DNA of 64,000 nucleotides from Chrysomallon squamiferum (Eukaryota; Animalia; Mollusca), in the NCBI GenBank assembly GCA_012295275.1, contig CM022679.1, positions 7,750,001-7,814,000 on the forward strand, in the 5' to 3' direction. The translations under genes were made by a program, and so were the position numbers. Shown one piece after another: positions 1 through 12,816 of this stretch; the first letter of the stretch is position 1, and each line of letters begins with the position of its first letter. The notes below the pieces were generated by a model. The model made no database searches, was not told the origin of the DNA, and worked only from the letters and a program-made list of their open reading frames with translations.

Positions 1-99
1 GAAACACAACTTATTGGCGACGCCATTGTTTAAAGTGGAGGTGACTTCTTTTACGTCGTAGCTGTGGCTATATAAGAACGACAAACAGAGGATGACGTA

Positions 100-194
100 A
101 GCCTGAGGGTTCTTTTTATAAAACAATTGAACATCCACTACCCCGTTGATTTTTATCCGGGATGTGGAAAAACGGCCCTTTTCAGGGCCACCCC
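100..194 (+). ncRNA. Cassette A copy 1: putative ~95-nt small RNA ending in a histone 3' stem-loop
   Basis: TATATAAG at 69; AAAC-GGCCCTTTTCAGGGCC-ACCC with stem-loop at 174-189; no histone ORF. Start and end are inferred from TATA spacing and the usual cleavage ~5 nt after the stem-loop. Confidence 0.5.
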
Positions 195-256
195 CCCCCA
201 CCCCCTCAATCTCACGAATGAGTAGTTCTCTGTTCATAATCCTATTGCTTTGCCGA

Positions 257-332
<76 letters not shown>

Positions 333-334
333 TA

Positions 335-369
<35 letters not shown>

Positions 370-467
370 TTTCAAATAGCAGTAGTGGTAGAATTCTTGT
401 TTTTGTTATATAACACTAGTAGTAGTTACTATACTTCTTTTTGTCAGATAGTACTATTCTTCTTCTT

Positions 468-539
<72 letters not shown>

Positions 540-1491
540 GAAACAATTTTTCAAAACGTTCTGTCTATTTCAGATGGTGTTAATTTTAGCATTTCATATT
601 TTCCTAAAATAATTACCTACAGTCAATGCACTGACGTCAGTATATCAAGAAATCCACAAAAAAACCCACAAAAAAACATTTAAAAAACAACTTTAATAAA
701 CCAACAAAGAAACTCCAACAACTAAAACACATATACCATCATCTCATACACTGCTTTAAAATATCTACATATATCACCATCTCATACACTGCTTTCAAAT
801 ATATATGATTTTCCAGCAATGTAATTATAGATATTTTAAAGCATTGTATGAGATAGTGGTATATGTACTTAATATCATGAGTCTGCAGAACTTCGTTCTT
901 GTTATCTACATTTAATAATTTAACATATCTGTCTAAATCATCACACAGTGTATTAAACAGAAAAAGAAACTCCAAGTAACCATTCCTAATTTATATATAA
1001 CTAAAAAGTTTGATATAAATGAATACTTCTCCAAGAATTCTTTCTTAAAAATTAAATGATGCATAGTGCTTATCCTGAATAAAAAGAAGAAAAAGCAACA
1101 GTGTACAGCATTAATTATCATCGTTTACAAATATATATATATATATATATTCTCTCTGCTAAAATGTTCGTTTCATAAAATTATCATTAATTGTTATTAG
1201 ACTACCTTTGCATAAATAAATCTTTCTGTTTAAACAGTGGATTTGATGTTAATTTTTATTTTATTTTATTTAATTTTTTAAATTATCATAAAATGATCTT
1301 CTTCACATGCTAAGAGAGTCCTTCTGTTCGGTTGTTTTTGATACAACCCCCCCCCCACACACACACACACACACAAATGTAACAAATATGATTCATACAT
1401 GATCCGCTTACACCGTCTTTCTTAGTTTGCTTTCTTTTGCTTTTTTGTTTTTATTGTTTTTCCGTGTTTTTTTCTGGGAGTCTGATTAATA

Positions 1492-1523
<32 letters not shown>

Positions 1524-2966
1524 TATGTTTGCATAAGCAGAACAATGAATCGTAACAAAACACTGACTAAAATCTGTGCTGAGATCTCACAGAGGTAAAT
1601 CACATGAAACCAGAAAATTGTAGTCTGTTCTATTAGCTGATTGTTTATAACAAAAGAAAAATGCGCCGAATCTAAATTATCGGTAAAACTCACCCATAAT
1701 CTTTTTTAGATGTTCAGACGTTTTTGAAAAGGGCATCCCCATATCTCCAACATACTTCCCCGGTAAAAACTAAATATGATTACGTCAGACACTAAATTCG
1801 TTAGATTCACTAAGATTACGAAACCGTAGACATTTATAAACACAAAAGTAAATGCTTGTTTTTGGTTCTTTCTTTCTTTCATTCTTTTTTTACGTTTTTT
1901 TTTTTTTTTTTTTTTCCCCTCTTTTTTAACGTGAAAAGTTTTGGGGAAAAAACACAACTACAGAACGTAAAATAAATTGTTTAAAGTGGAACCCTATCCT
2001 TATTATTATTAAATAAATTAAAATTATTACTAAAATAATTATTATTCCAATTATTAAATTATTGAAATAAATTATTAAAATTATTATTATTACTTTTTAA
2101 TGACGAATAAATAAAATAAAGCAGAACAATAAATATAAAACAAAAAACATTCACTAAAATAAGTAATGAGATTTCAAATGTAAATCACATGAAACCAGAA
2201 AATTATAGTCCCTTCTGTTAGCTCATTGTTTATAACAAAAAAAAAAATGTGAAAACCTAAATTATTAGTAAAACTCACCCATAATCTTTTATAGATGTTC
2301 AGCAAGTTTTTCAAAAGAGCTTTCCCATATTTTCTGTATCCCCGTAAAAAAATAAATATGATTACGTCAGAAACTAAATTCTTAACATTTGCTAGGATTA
2401 CGAAACCGTAGACATTTCTAAACATAAAAGTAAATGCTGGTTTTTGGTTCTTTATTTCTTTTAATTTTATTTTGATGTTTTATTTATTTTATTTTATTTA
2501 TTTATTTATTTATTTGTTTCCTGTTCGTGTGTTTTCTTTGACTTATTTTTGTATTATTAAATGAAAATCTGCTTTGAATACTGCACATTTTATACTCTTT
2601 CCCATTTAGTCGTAACTAAACAACTAGAAAACGTCGTTAAAAGCAAACTGTTGATATTACACACAATAAAAACAAAGAAAAACACCTTTAAATTCTATAT
2701 TATTTAGCTTTCTTTGAACAATTTCATGAAATTTTTACATTAAAAATATAGAAGGAATATTTTTAAAATGACAAACTTAAACATAACCTTATCAAAAATA
2801 TGTATGTACACATATTAGAGAATGATATCGTAACAGAAGATTTTAACGTGAAAAGTTATCAAGGGAAAAAACGCAACTTCTTGGCGACGCCATTGTTTAA
2901 AGTGGAGGTGACGTCTTTTACGTCGTCGCTGTGGTTATATAAGAGCAACAAACAGAGGATGACGTC

Positions 2967-3061
2967 AGCCTGAGGGTTCTTTTTATAAAACAATTGAACA
3001 TCCACTACCCCGTTGATTTTTATCCGGGATGTGGAGAAACGGCCCTTTTCAGGGCCACCCC
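2967..3061 (+). ncRNA. Cassette A copy 2: putative small RNA with histone 3' stem-loop
   Basis: TATATAAG at 2936, Inr-like TCAG at 2965-2968, internal hairpin 3001-3035, histone stem-loop 3041-3056. Confidence 0.5.
3041..3056 (+). promoter_or_regulatory. Histone 3' UTR stem-loop (SLBP-binding consensus); identical at 174-189, 7007-7022, 11301-11316, 15945-15960, 20258-20273, 23440-23455
   Basis: Matches the metazoan histone stem-loop: 6-bp stem GGCCCT/AGGGCC, TTTC loop, A-rich 5' flank (AAAC) and ACCC 3' flank. Confidence 0.85.
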
Positions 3062-3529
3062 CACCCACCCCCTCAATCTCATGAATGAGTAGTTCTCTGT
3101 TCATAATCCTATTGCTTTGCCTAATAATAATAATAATAAAAAATAGTAATAATGATAATAATAATAATAACAACAACAATAATAAATATAATAATAATAA
3201 TAATTAACATAATTATAATAATAATAATAATGTTTAAAGTACCAGTAGTGGTAGAATTGTTGTTTTTGTTGTATAATACTAGTAGTAGATACGATACTTC
3301 TTGATGTCATATAGTACTATTCTTCTTCTTCTTATTATTATTATTATAATTATTGAAACAATTTTTTGAAAACGCTCTCTGTAAATTTCAGATGATGTTA
3401 ATTTAGCATTTCATAATTTCCTAAAATAATTACATACCATCACTACACTGACGTCAGTAAAAAACAAAAAATCCACAAAACCCCACAAGAAAACTTTAAA
3501 AAAACGAACAAAGAAACCCCAACAACTAA

Positions 3530-3725
3530 AAAACATATACCACAATGTCATACACTCCTATAAAATATCTACATATACCAGCATCTCAAACACTGCTTTA
3601 AAATATCTACATATACCACCATCTCATACACTGCTTTAAAATATCTATGATTTTCAAGCGATATAATTATAGATACCTCACCTATGTAAATATTTTAAAG
3701 CAGTGTATGAGATGGTGGAATATGT
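3530..3725. repeat. ~38-bp tandem repeat plus an inverted copy forming a long hairpin; present in all 7 units (~733-885, 7495-7690, 11835-12030, 16574-16666, 20780-20895, 23955-24080)
   Basis: Perfect 29-bp arms CCACCATCTCATACACTGCTTTAAAATAT (3616-3644) and ATATTTTAAAGCAGTGTATGAGATGGTGG (3690-3718). Confidence 0.85.
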
Positions 3726-4356
3726 ACTTAATATCATGGGTCTGTTTTGACGTGAGATGTTGGTCTTGGTTCTTATTTTCTACATTTAATAATTAACATA
3801 TCTGTCTCAATCATCACACAGTGTATTAAAAAGAAAAAGAAACTTCAAGTAACCATTCCTAATTTATATATAACTAAATAGTTTGATATAAATGAATACT
3901 TCTCCAAGAATTCTTTCTTAAAAATTAAATGATGCATAGTGCTTATACTGAATAAAGAAGAAAAAAGCAACAGTGTACAGCATTAATTATCATCGTTTAC
4001 ATATATATATATATATATTCTCTCTGCTAAAATGTTCGTTTCATAAAATTATCATTAATTGTTATTAGACTAGCTTTGCATAAATAAATCTTTCTGTTTA
4101 AACAGTGGATTTGATGTTAATTTTTATTTTATTTTATTTTATTTTTTAAATTATCATAAAATGATCTTCTTCACATGCTAAGAGAGTCCTTCTGTTCGGT
4201 TGTTTTTGATACAACCCCCCCCCCCCACACACACACACACAAATGTAACAAATATGATTCATACATGATCCGCTAACACAGTCTTTCTTAGTTTGCTTTC
4301 TTTTGCTTTTTTGTTCTTATTGTTTTTCCGTGTTTTTTTCTGGGAGTCTGATTATA

Positions 4357-4401
<45 letters not shown>

Positions 4402-4771
4402 TATGTTTGCATAAGCAGAACAATGAATCGTAACAAAACACTGACTAAAATCTGTGCTGAGATCTCACAGAGGTAAATCACATGAAACCAGAAAATTGTA
4501 GTCTGTTCTATTAGCTGATTGTTTATAACAAAAGAAAAATGCGCCGAACCTAAATTATTGGTAAAACTCACCCATAATCTTTTTTAGATGTTCAGAAGTT
4601 TTTGAAAAGGGCATCCCCATATTTCCAACATACTTCCCCGGTAAAAACTAAATATGATTACGTCAGACACTAAATTCGTTAGATTTACTAAGATTACGAA
4701 ACCGTAGACATTTATAAACACAAAAGCAAATGCTTGTTTTTGGTTCTTTCTTTCTTTCTTTTTTTACGTTT

Positions 4772-4818
<47 letters not shown>

Positions 4819-4985
4819 CTATTTTTTTAACGTGAAAAGTTTTCAAACTGTTAATATTACACACAAAAAAACACAACTTTAAATTCTATTATTTAGCTTT
4901 CTTTGCCATTGAACATTTTTAAAAAGATGGACTTTTAAAATGACTTATTATTATTATCATTATTATTATTACTAGTTTTAATTAC

Positions 4986-5031
<46 letters not shown>

Positions 5032-6010
5032 TTAATGTAGACCCGATCATTTAATTCATTAAATATTTCTATACAAATTGTAAATTAAATATATGTATTT
5101 TTACATTTAGATACTTGTTTAAATTCATTTGCAGAGATACGAAAAGGTTTTAGAAATTTAAATAACAACAATATTTTTTATGGATTATGTGTGGATAACA
5201 ATGTATGATGTAAAATACTGATTCCAAAATGTCAGCTAGAAGATATTGAAGGTAAAGTCTACATACTCTGAAATACACCCGAGAGTACCAAACTGAAAAC
5301 CATAATAATTTTATTTTATGTTGATTAATGATGTAATATCAAATTTGCATACATCATTTGTCATTATTTTTCTTTTCTCTCCCTTCGTCTATTTATCAAA
5401 ACTGTATATAACCATTCTTAATTTATAAATAACTGAAATGATTTGGTATAAATGAATGCTTCTCCAAGAATTCTTTCATAAAATTAAATGCTGCATAGTG
5501 CTTATACTGAATAAAGAAGAAAAAAACAACAACAACAGTGTACAGCTTTAATTATCCTCATTTTATATATAAATTGTCTCTGCTAAAATGTTCGTTTTAT
5601 AAAATTACCGGTAATGGTTACTAGACTAGCTTTGCATAAATAAATCTTTCTGTTTAAACAATAGATTTGATATTAATTTGTTTTATTTATTTTATTTTTT
5701 TTTTAAATTATCATATAATGATCTTTCTCACATGCGAAGAAGGTTACTTTTGTTCCGTTGTTTTTACTATGAACCCCCCACACACACACAGAAATGTAAA
5801 AAATATGATTCCTATATGATCCATTTATCAATTCTTTCTTAGTTTGCTTTGTTTTGATTTTTGTTCTTATTGCATTTTTTTTGTTTTATGGGGGGGGGGT
5901 GTTTTTATTATTTTTTATTATTATTATTTTATTATTATTATTATTATTATCTGTTTCTTTTTTTACTTTTGTTCTTTTTTCTTCTATTTCTTGTATTTAT
6001 TTATTATTAT

Positions 6011-6067
<57 letters not shown>

Positions 6068-6932
6068 TTAATGATTATTTATATTTGCAAAAGCAGAACA
6101 GTGAATACTAAGAAAACATTCACTAAAATCTGTGATGAGATCTCAGAGATGTAAATCACATGAAACCAGAAAATTGTAGTCCCTTCTATTAGCTGATTGT
6201 TTATAACAAAAGAAAAATGTGCAAACCTAAATTATTAGTAAAACTCACCCATAATCTTTTTTAGCTGTTCAGAAGTTTTTGAAAAGAGCATCCCCATATT
6301 TCATGTATCCCCCCTCCGTAAAAATAAATATGATTGCGTCAGATACTAAATTCTTTAGATTTGCTGGGATTACGAAACCGTAGACATTTCTCAACAAAAA
6401 ATGCTGGTTTTTGGTTGTTTATTTCTTTTAATTTTATTTTGATGTTTTATTTATTTTATTTATTTATTTATTTATTTACTTGTTTGCTGTTCGTGTGTTT
6501 TCTTTGACTTATTTTTGTATTATTAAATGAAAATCTGCTTTGAATACTGCACATTTTATACTCTTTGCCATTTAGTCGTAACTAAACAACTAGAAAACGT
6601 GGTTAAAAGCAAACTGTTGATATTACACACAATAAAAACAAACCAAAACACCTTTAAATTCTATATTATTTAGCTTTCTTTGAACAATTTCATAACATTT
6701 TTACATTAAAAAGATAGAAGGAATATTTTTAAAATGACAAACTTAAACATAACCCTATCAAAAATACGTATGTACACATATTAGAGAATGATATCGTAAC
6801 AGAAGATTTTAACGTGAAAAGTTTTCAAGGTAAAAAACACAACTTCTTGGCGACGCCATTGTTTAAAGTGGAGGTGACGTCTTTTACGTCGTCGCTGTGG
6901 TTATATAAGAGCGACAAACAGAGGATGACGTC

Positions 6933-7027
6933 AGCCTGAGGGTTCTTTTTATAAAACAATTGAACATCCACTACCCCGTTGATTTTTATCCGGGATGTGG
7001 AGAAACGGCCCTTTTCAGGGCCACCCC
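6933..7027 (+). ncRNA. Cassette A copy 3: putative small RNA with histone 3' stem-loop
   Basis: TATA at 6902, stem-loop 7007-7022. Confidence 0.5.
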
Positions 7028-8476
7028 CACCCACCCCCTCAATCTCATGAATGAGTAGTTCTCTGTTCATAATCCTATTGCTTTGCCTAATAATAATAAT
7101 AATAAAAAATAGTAATAATGATAATAATAATAATAACAACAACAATAATAAATATAATAATAATAATAATTAACATAATTATAATAATAATAATAATGTT
7201 TCAAGTACCAGTAGTGGTAGAATTGTTGTTTTTGTTGTATAATACTAGTAGTAGATACGATACTTCTTGATGTCATATAGTACTATTCTTCTTCTTCTTA
7301 TTATTATTATTATAATTATTGAAACAATTTTTTGAAAACGCTCTCTGTCTATTTCAGATGACGTTAATTTAGCATTTCATAATTTCCTAAAATAATTACA
7401 TACCATCACTACACTGACGTCAGTAAAAAACAAAAAATCCACAAAACCCCACAAGAAAACTTTAAAAAAACGAACAAAGAAACCCCAACAACTAAAAAAC
7501 ATATACCACAATGTCATACACTCCTATAAAATATCTACATATACCAGCATCTCAAACACTGCTTTAAAATATCTACATATACCACCATCTCATACACTGT
7601 TTCAAAATATCTCTGATTTTCCATCAATGTAATTATAGATATCTCACCTATGTAAATATTTTAAAGCAGTGTGTGAGATGGTGATATATGTACTTAATAT
7701 CATGGGTCTGTTTTAACGTGAGATGCCGGTCTTGGTTCTTGTTATCTACATTTAATAATTTAACATATCTGTCTAAATCATCACACAGTGTATTAAAAAG
7801 AAAAAAAAAAAAAATGAAAGTAAGAAGAAAATGTGGTTAATTTATTTCAGTATATTATATTTTCTTTCTTAGCAGCTAATGATTACTAAAAACGTAAGTA
7901 GACTGTGTACCACAGAATGGTTTAGGAAGCTTTACTAATTTCGATATTTGTACATTTTTAGGTCACACTATGTATTCAGGAATTAAACGGACCAGAAAAC
8001 AAGCACTTTAATACATTTAAAAGCTGTGCTTCTGTGCGTTTTGTTTACCCATTTTTTAATTGACATTATCTGTGCACGGAGTAAAATTTTGCACTTATCG
8101 TATTCTTCATTGTTTGGTATTTAATAAATCGTTAAAAAACAACATCAAAAGATAACTACAGAATTTTTATTCTATTTTAAAACGCATTTAACTATAGGTT
8201 ATTCTCTTTTCCGACCTTCTTTTTAAATTAATACGAAGACAATATTCATATTACGCCGATTAAAAAATATGTCACAGAAGCTAAATCATATCATCAGTAT
8301 ACAGGTATGTACGTCACAGTCTAATATCACGGCAGTCAATTATAAAAAGAAAATATTTCTAAGACAAAAACACAACTCCTTCTGGACGAACGTTATTTCA
8401 GACGCCACGGCTAACAGCGTTTCCTTGACACCGATCTTCGGCTCAGTATATAAGCGACGACAAAGAATCGACGTTA

Positions 8477-8818
8477 ATTTCGAGAAGCCGGGATGGGGGT
8501 ACCCTGTACCCTCCATACGCCAACATTTTTAAACTTGATTTTGGAATGTGGAGGTGATTAAATATTTGAACGGGACACTCAAATTTGGCAGCGGGACAGA
8601 CAGCCTTGATTATTCCTCGCCTGTCCCTCAAGGCTCCTTGAAATTCGTCTCTGTACCTTGAACGCAGCGACAGTGAGTCACCTGGTGAGTGATGACACCC
8701 CCACCTGAAGAGTGGATAATACGGAACTCGTACTTGAAAATTGAGTTCTGGGGGACTGTTCACCAAAGGTACAGAACATAAAATAAATATCAACTGAAGC
8801 ATGGAACTCTATCCCAAA
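8477..8818 (+). ncRNA. Cassette B copy 1: putative ~330-nt structured RNA
   Basis: TATATAAG at 8447; 5' GGGATGGGG (8490) pairs with 3' CTCTATCCC (to 8815); multiple internal helices; no ORF conserved between copies. Confidence 0.45.
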
Positions 8819-8975
8819 CAATAAATAAATAAATGTAAAACACATAAAATAAACACATCCAAATAAACAAATGAATGAAATAAATAAAATAAAATTAATA
8901 AACTTCTAAGAAACTAACGAATAAATAAATAAAATGATTAAATAAAATAAAACAAAAAAATAAAAAAAAAAAAAA

Positions 8976-9030
<55 letters not shown>

Positions 9031-9191
9031 ATACATCAAATAAAATAAATACCCAACTATAAAACCCAGAGTCTTAAAGAAAACAAAATAAAAATGGGTT
9101 TTATGAAAAAAATGATAAAATCAAATATTCATTGTTTAATAAAAATGATGATTTATGATGATGATAAAGACGAAAATAATTTAATGAATAA

Positions 9192-9237
<46 letters not shown>

Positions 9238-9261
9238 TAATAATAATAATAATAATAACAA

Positions 9262-9331
<70 letters not shown>

Positions 9332-9967
9332 TTAATGTAGACCCGATCATTTAATTCATTAAATATTTCTATACAAATTGTAAATTAAATTTATGTATTT
9401 TTACATTTAAGTAATTGTTTAAATTCATTTGCAGAGATAGAAAAATGTTTTAGAAATTTAAATAACAACAATATTTTTCATGGATTATGTGTAGATCGAT
9501 TTAAAATGTATGATGTAAAATACTGATTCCAAAATGTCAGCTAGAAGATACTGAAGGTAAAGTCTACATACTCTGAAATACACCCGAGAGTACCAAACTG
9601 AAAACCATAATAATTTTATTTTATGTTGGTTAATGATGTAATATCAAATTTGCATACATCATTTGTCATTATTTTTCTTTTCTCTCCCTTCATCTATTTA
9701 TCAAAACTGTATGTAACCATTCCTAATTTATAAATAACTGAAATGATTTGGTATAAATGAATGCTTCTCCAAGAATTCTTTCTTAAAAATGAAATGATGC
9801 ATAGTGCTTATATTGAATAAAAAAAAAAAAAAAACAACAACAGTGTACAGCTTTAATTATCCTCATTTTATATATAAATTGTCTCTGCTAAAATGTTCGT
9901 TTCATAAAATTGCCGGTAATGGTTACTAGACTAGCTTTGCATAAATAAATCTTTCTGTTTAATTTGA

Positions 9968-10005
<38 letters not shown>

Positions 10006-10246
10006 TCATAAAATGATCTTTCTCACATGCGAAGAAGGTTACTTTCGTTCGGTTGTTTTTACTATAACCCCCCCACACACACACACAAATGTAAAAAATA
10101 TGATTCCTACATGATCCACTTACCAATTCTTTCTTAGTTTTCTTTGTTTTGTATTTTGTTCTTATTGCATTTTTTTTTTTTTTTTGGGGGGGATTTTTAT
10201 TATTTTTTATTATTATTATTTTATTATTATTATTATTATTATCTGT

Positions 10247-10277
<31 letters not shown>

Positions 10278-10290
10278 TATTTATTTATTA

Positions 10291-10356
<66 letters not shown>

Positions 10357-11226
10357 TTAATGATTATTTATATTTGCACAAGCAGAACAGTGAATACTAA
10401 GAAAACATTCACTAAAATCTGTGATGAGATCTCAGAGATGTAAATCACATGAAACCAGAAAATTGTAGTCCCTTCTATTAGCTGATTGTTTATAACAAAA
10501 GAAAAATGTGCAAACCTAAATTATTAGTAAAACTCACCCATAATTTTTTTTAGATGTTCAGAAATTTTTGAAAAGAGCATCCCCATATTTCATGTATCCC
10601 CCCCGTAAAAAATAAATATGATTGCGTCAGATACTAAATTCTTTAGATTTGCTGGGATTACGAAACCGTAGACATTTCTAAACATAAAAGTAAATGCTGG
10701 TTTTTGGTTCTTTATTTCTTTTAATTTTATTTTCATGTTTTATTTATTTTATTTTATTTATTTATTTATTTATTTGTTTGCTGTTCGTGTGTTTTCTTTG
10801 ACTTATTTTTGTATTATTAAATGAAAATCTGCTTTGAATACTGCACATTTTATACTCTTTGCCATTTAGTCGTAACTAAACAACTAGAAAACGTGGTTAA
10901 AAGCAAACTGTTGATATTACACACAATAAAAACAAACCAAAACACCTTTAAATTCTATATTATTTAGCTTTCTTTGAACAATTTAATGAAATTTTTACAT
11001 TAAAAAGATAGAAGGAATATTTTTAAAATGACAAACTTAAACATAACCATATCAAAAATATGTATGTACACATATTAGAGAATGATATCGTAACAGAAGA
11101 TTTTAACGTGAAAAGTTTTCAAGGGAAAAAACACAACTTCTTGGCGACGCCATTGTTTAAAGTGGAGGTGACGTCTTTTACGTCGTCGCTGTGGTTATAT
11201 AAGAGCGACAAACAGAGGATGACGTC

Positions 11227-11321
11227 AGCCTGAGGGTTCTTTTTATAAAACAATTGAACATCCACTACCCCGTTGATTTTTATCCGGGATGTGGAGAAAC
11301 GGCCCTTTTCAGGGCCACCCC
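11227..11321 (+). ncRNA. Cassette A copy 4: putative small RNA with histone 3' stem-loop
   Basis: TATA at 11196, stem-loop 11301-11316. Confidence 0.5.
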
Positions 11322-11381
11322 CACCCACCCCCTCAATCTCATGAATGAGTAGTTCTCTGTTCATAATCCTATTGCTTTGCC

Positions 11382-11471
<90 letters not shown>

Positions 11472-12816
11472 TAATAATAATAATAAAATGATAATAATAA
11501 TTAATAATGTTTCAAGAAGCAGTAGTGGTAGAATTGTTGTTTTTGTTATATAACACTAGTAGTAGATACGATACTTCTTGATGTCATATAGTACTATTCT
11601 TCTTTTTCTTATTCTTTTAATTTTTATTATTATTATTATTATTACTATTATTATTATTGCAATAATATTTTGAAAACGCTCACTGTCTATTTCAGATTCT
11701 GTTAATTTTAGCATTTCATAATTTCCTAAAATAATTACCTACCGTCACTGCACTGACGTCAATATAAAAAAAATCCACAAACAGCCCACAAAAAAACTTT
11801 AAAAAACCCAACAAAGAAATCCCAACAACTAAAACATATATATCACAATGTCATACACTGCTTTAAAATGTCTACATATACCAGGATATCAAACACTGTT
11901 TTAAAATATCTACATATACCACCATCTAATACACTGTTTTAAAATATCTATAATTTTCCAGCAATGTAATTATAGATATCTCACCTATGTAAATATTTTA
12001 AAGCAGTGTATGAGATGGTGATAAATGTACTTAATATCATGGGTCTGTTTTAACGTGAGATACCGGTCTTGGTTCTTGTTATCTACATTTAATAATTTAA
12101 CATATCTGTCTAAATCATCACACAGTGTATTAAAAAGAAAAAAGAAAAAAGAAAATGAAAGTAAGAAGAAAATGTGGTTAATTTATTTCACTCTATTATA
12201 TTTTCTTTCTTAGCAGCTCATGATTACTAAAATCGTAAGTAGACTGTGTACCACAGAATGGTTTAGGAAGCTTTACTAATTTCGATATTTGTACATTTTT
12301 AGGTCGCACTCTGTATTCAGGAATTAAACGGACCAGAAAACAAGCACTTTAATACATTTAAAAGCTGTGCTTCTGTGCGTTTTGTTTACCCATTTTTTCA
12401 TTGACATTATCTGTGCACGGAGTAAAATTTTGCACTTATCGTATTCTTCATTGTTTGGTTTTTAATAAATTGTTAAAAAACAACATAAAAAAATAACTAC
12501 AAAATTTATATTATATTTCAAAACGCTTGCAACTTCAGGTTATGCTATTTTCTGACCTTCATTTTAATTAATACGAAGACAATATTCATATTACGCCGAT
12601 TAAAAAATATGTCAGAGAAACTAAATCATATCACCAGTATACAGGTATGTACGTCACAGTCTAATGTCACGGCAGTAAATTATAAAAAGAAAATATTTCT
12701 AAGACAAAAACACAACTCCTTCTGGACGAACGTTATTTCAGACGCCACGGCTAACAGCGTTTCCTTGACACCGATCTTCGGCTCAGTATATAAGCGACGA
12801 CAAAGAATCGACGTTA

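Noticed and set aside
250-683. Poly-Ile/Leu/Tyr/Asn ORFs here and throughout the window
   Set aside because: Translations of (AAT)n/(ATT)n/(TTC)n microsatellites
2967-3061. Cassette A as a spliced-leader or Sm-class snRNA (GATTTTTAT)
   Set aside because: The U-rich stretch lies in a hairpin loop and is not a proper AT(4-6)G Sm site; no convincing leader-donor; no similarity to spliceosomal snRNAs or U7
2859-3179. Repeated minus-strand ORF MNRELLIHEIEGVGGGGPEKGRF... in most units
   Set aside because: Antisense to cassette A; length depends on a variable C-run (frame differs in copies 1 and 7); N-terminus comes from microsatellite; no recognisable domain. Conservation is explained by the + strand element.
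4845-4870. TAATATTAC nonanucleotide (ssDNA virus origin-like)
   Set aside because: Not in a GC-rich stem, varies to TGATATTAC in other units, no Rep gene; expected by chance in AT-rich DNA
8443-8802. Minus-strand ORF MLQLIFILCSVPLVNSPPEL... and plus-strand MSQKLNHI... / MGLPCTLHTP... ORFs over cassette B
   Set aside because: Stops and frames differ between copies because of indels in a hairpin loop; no protein motif
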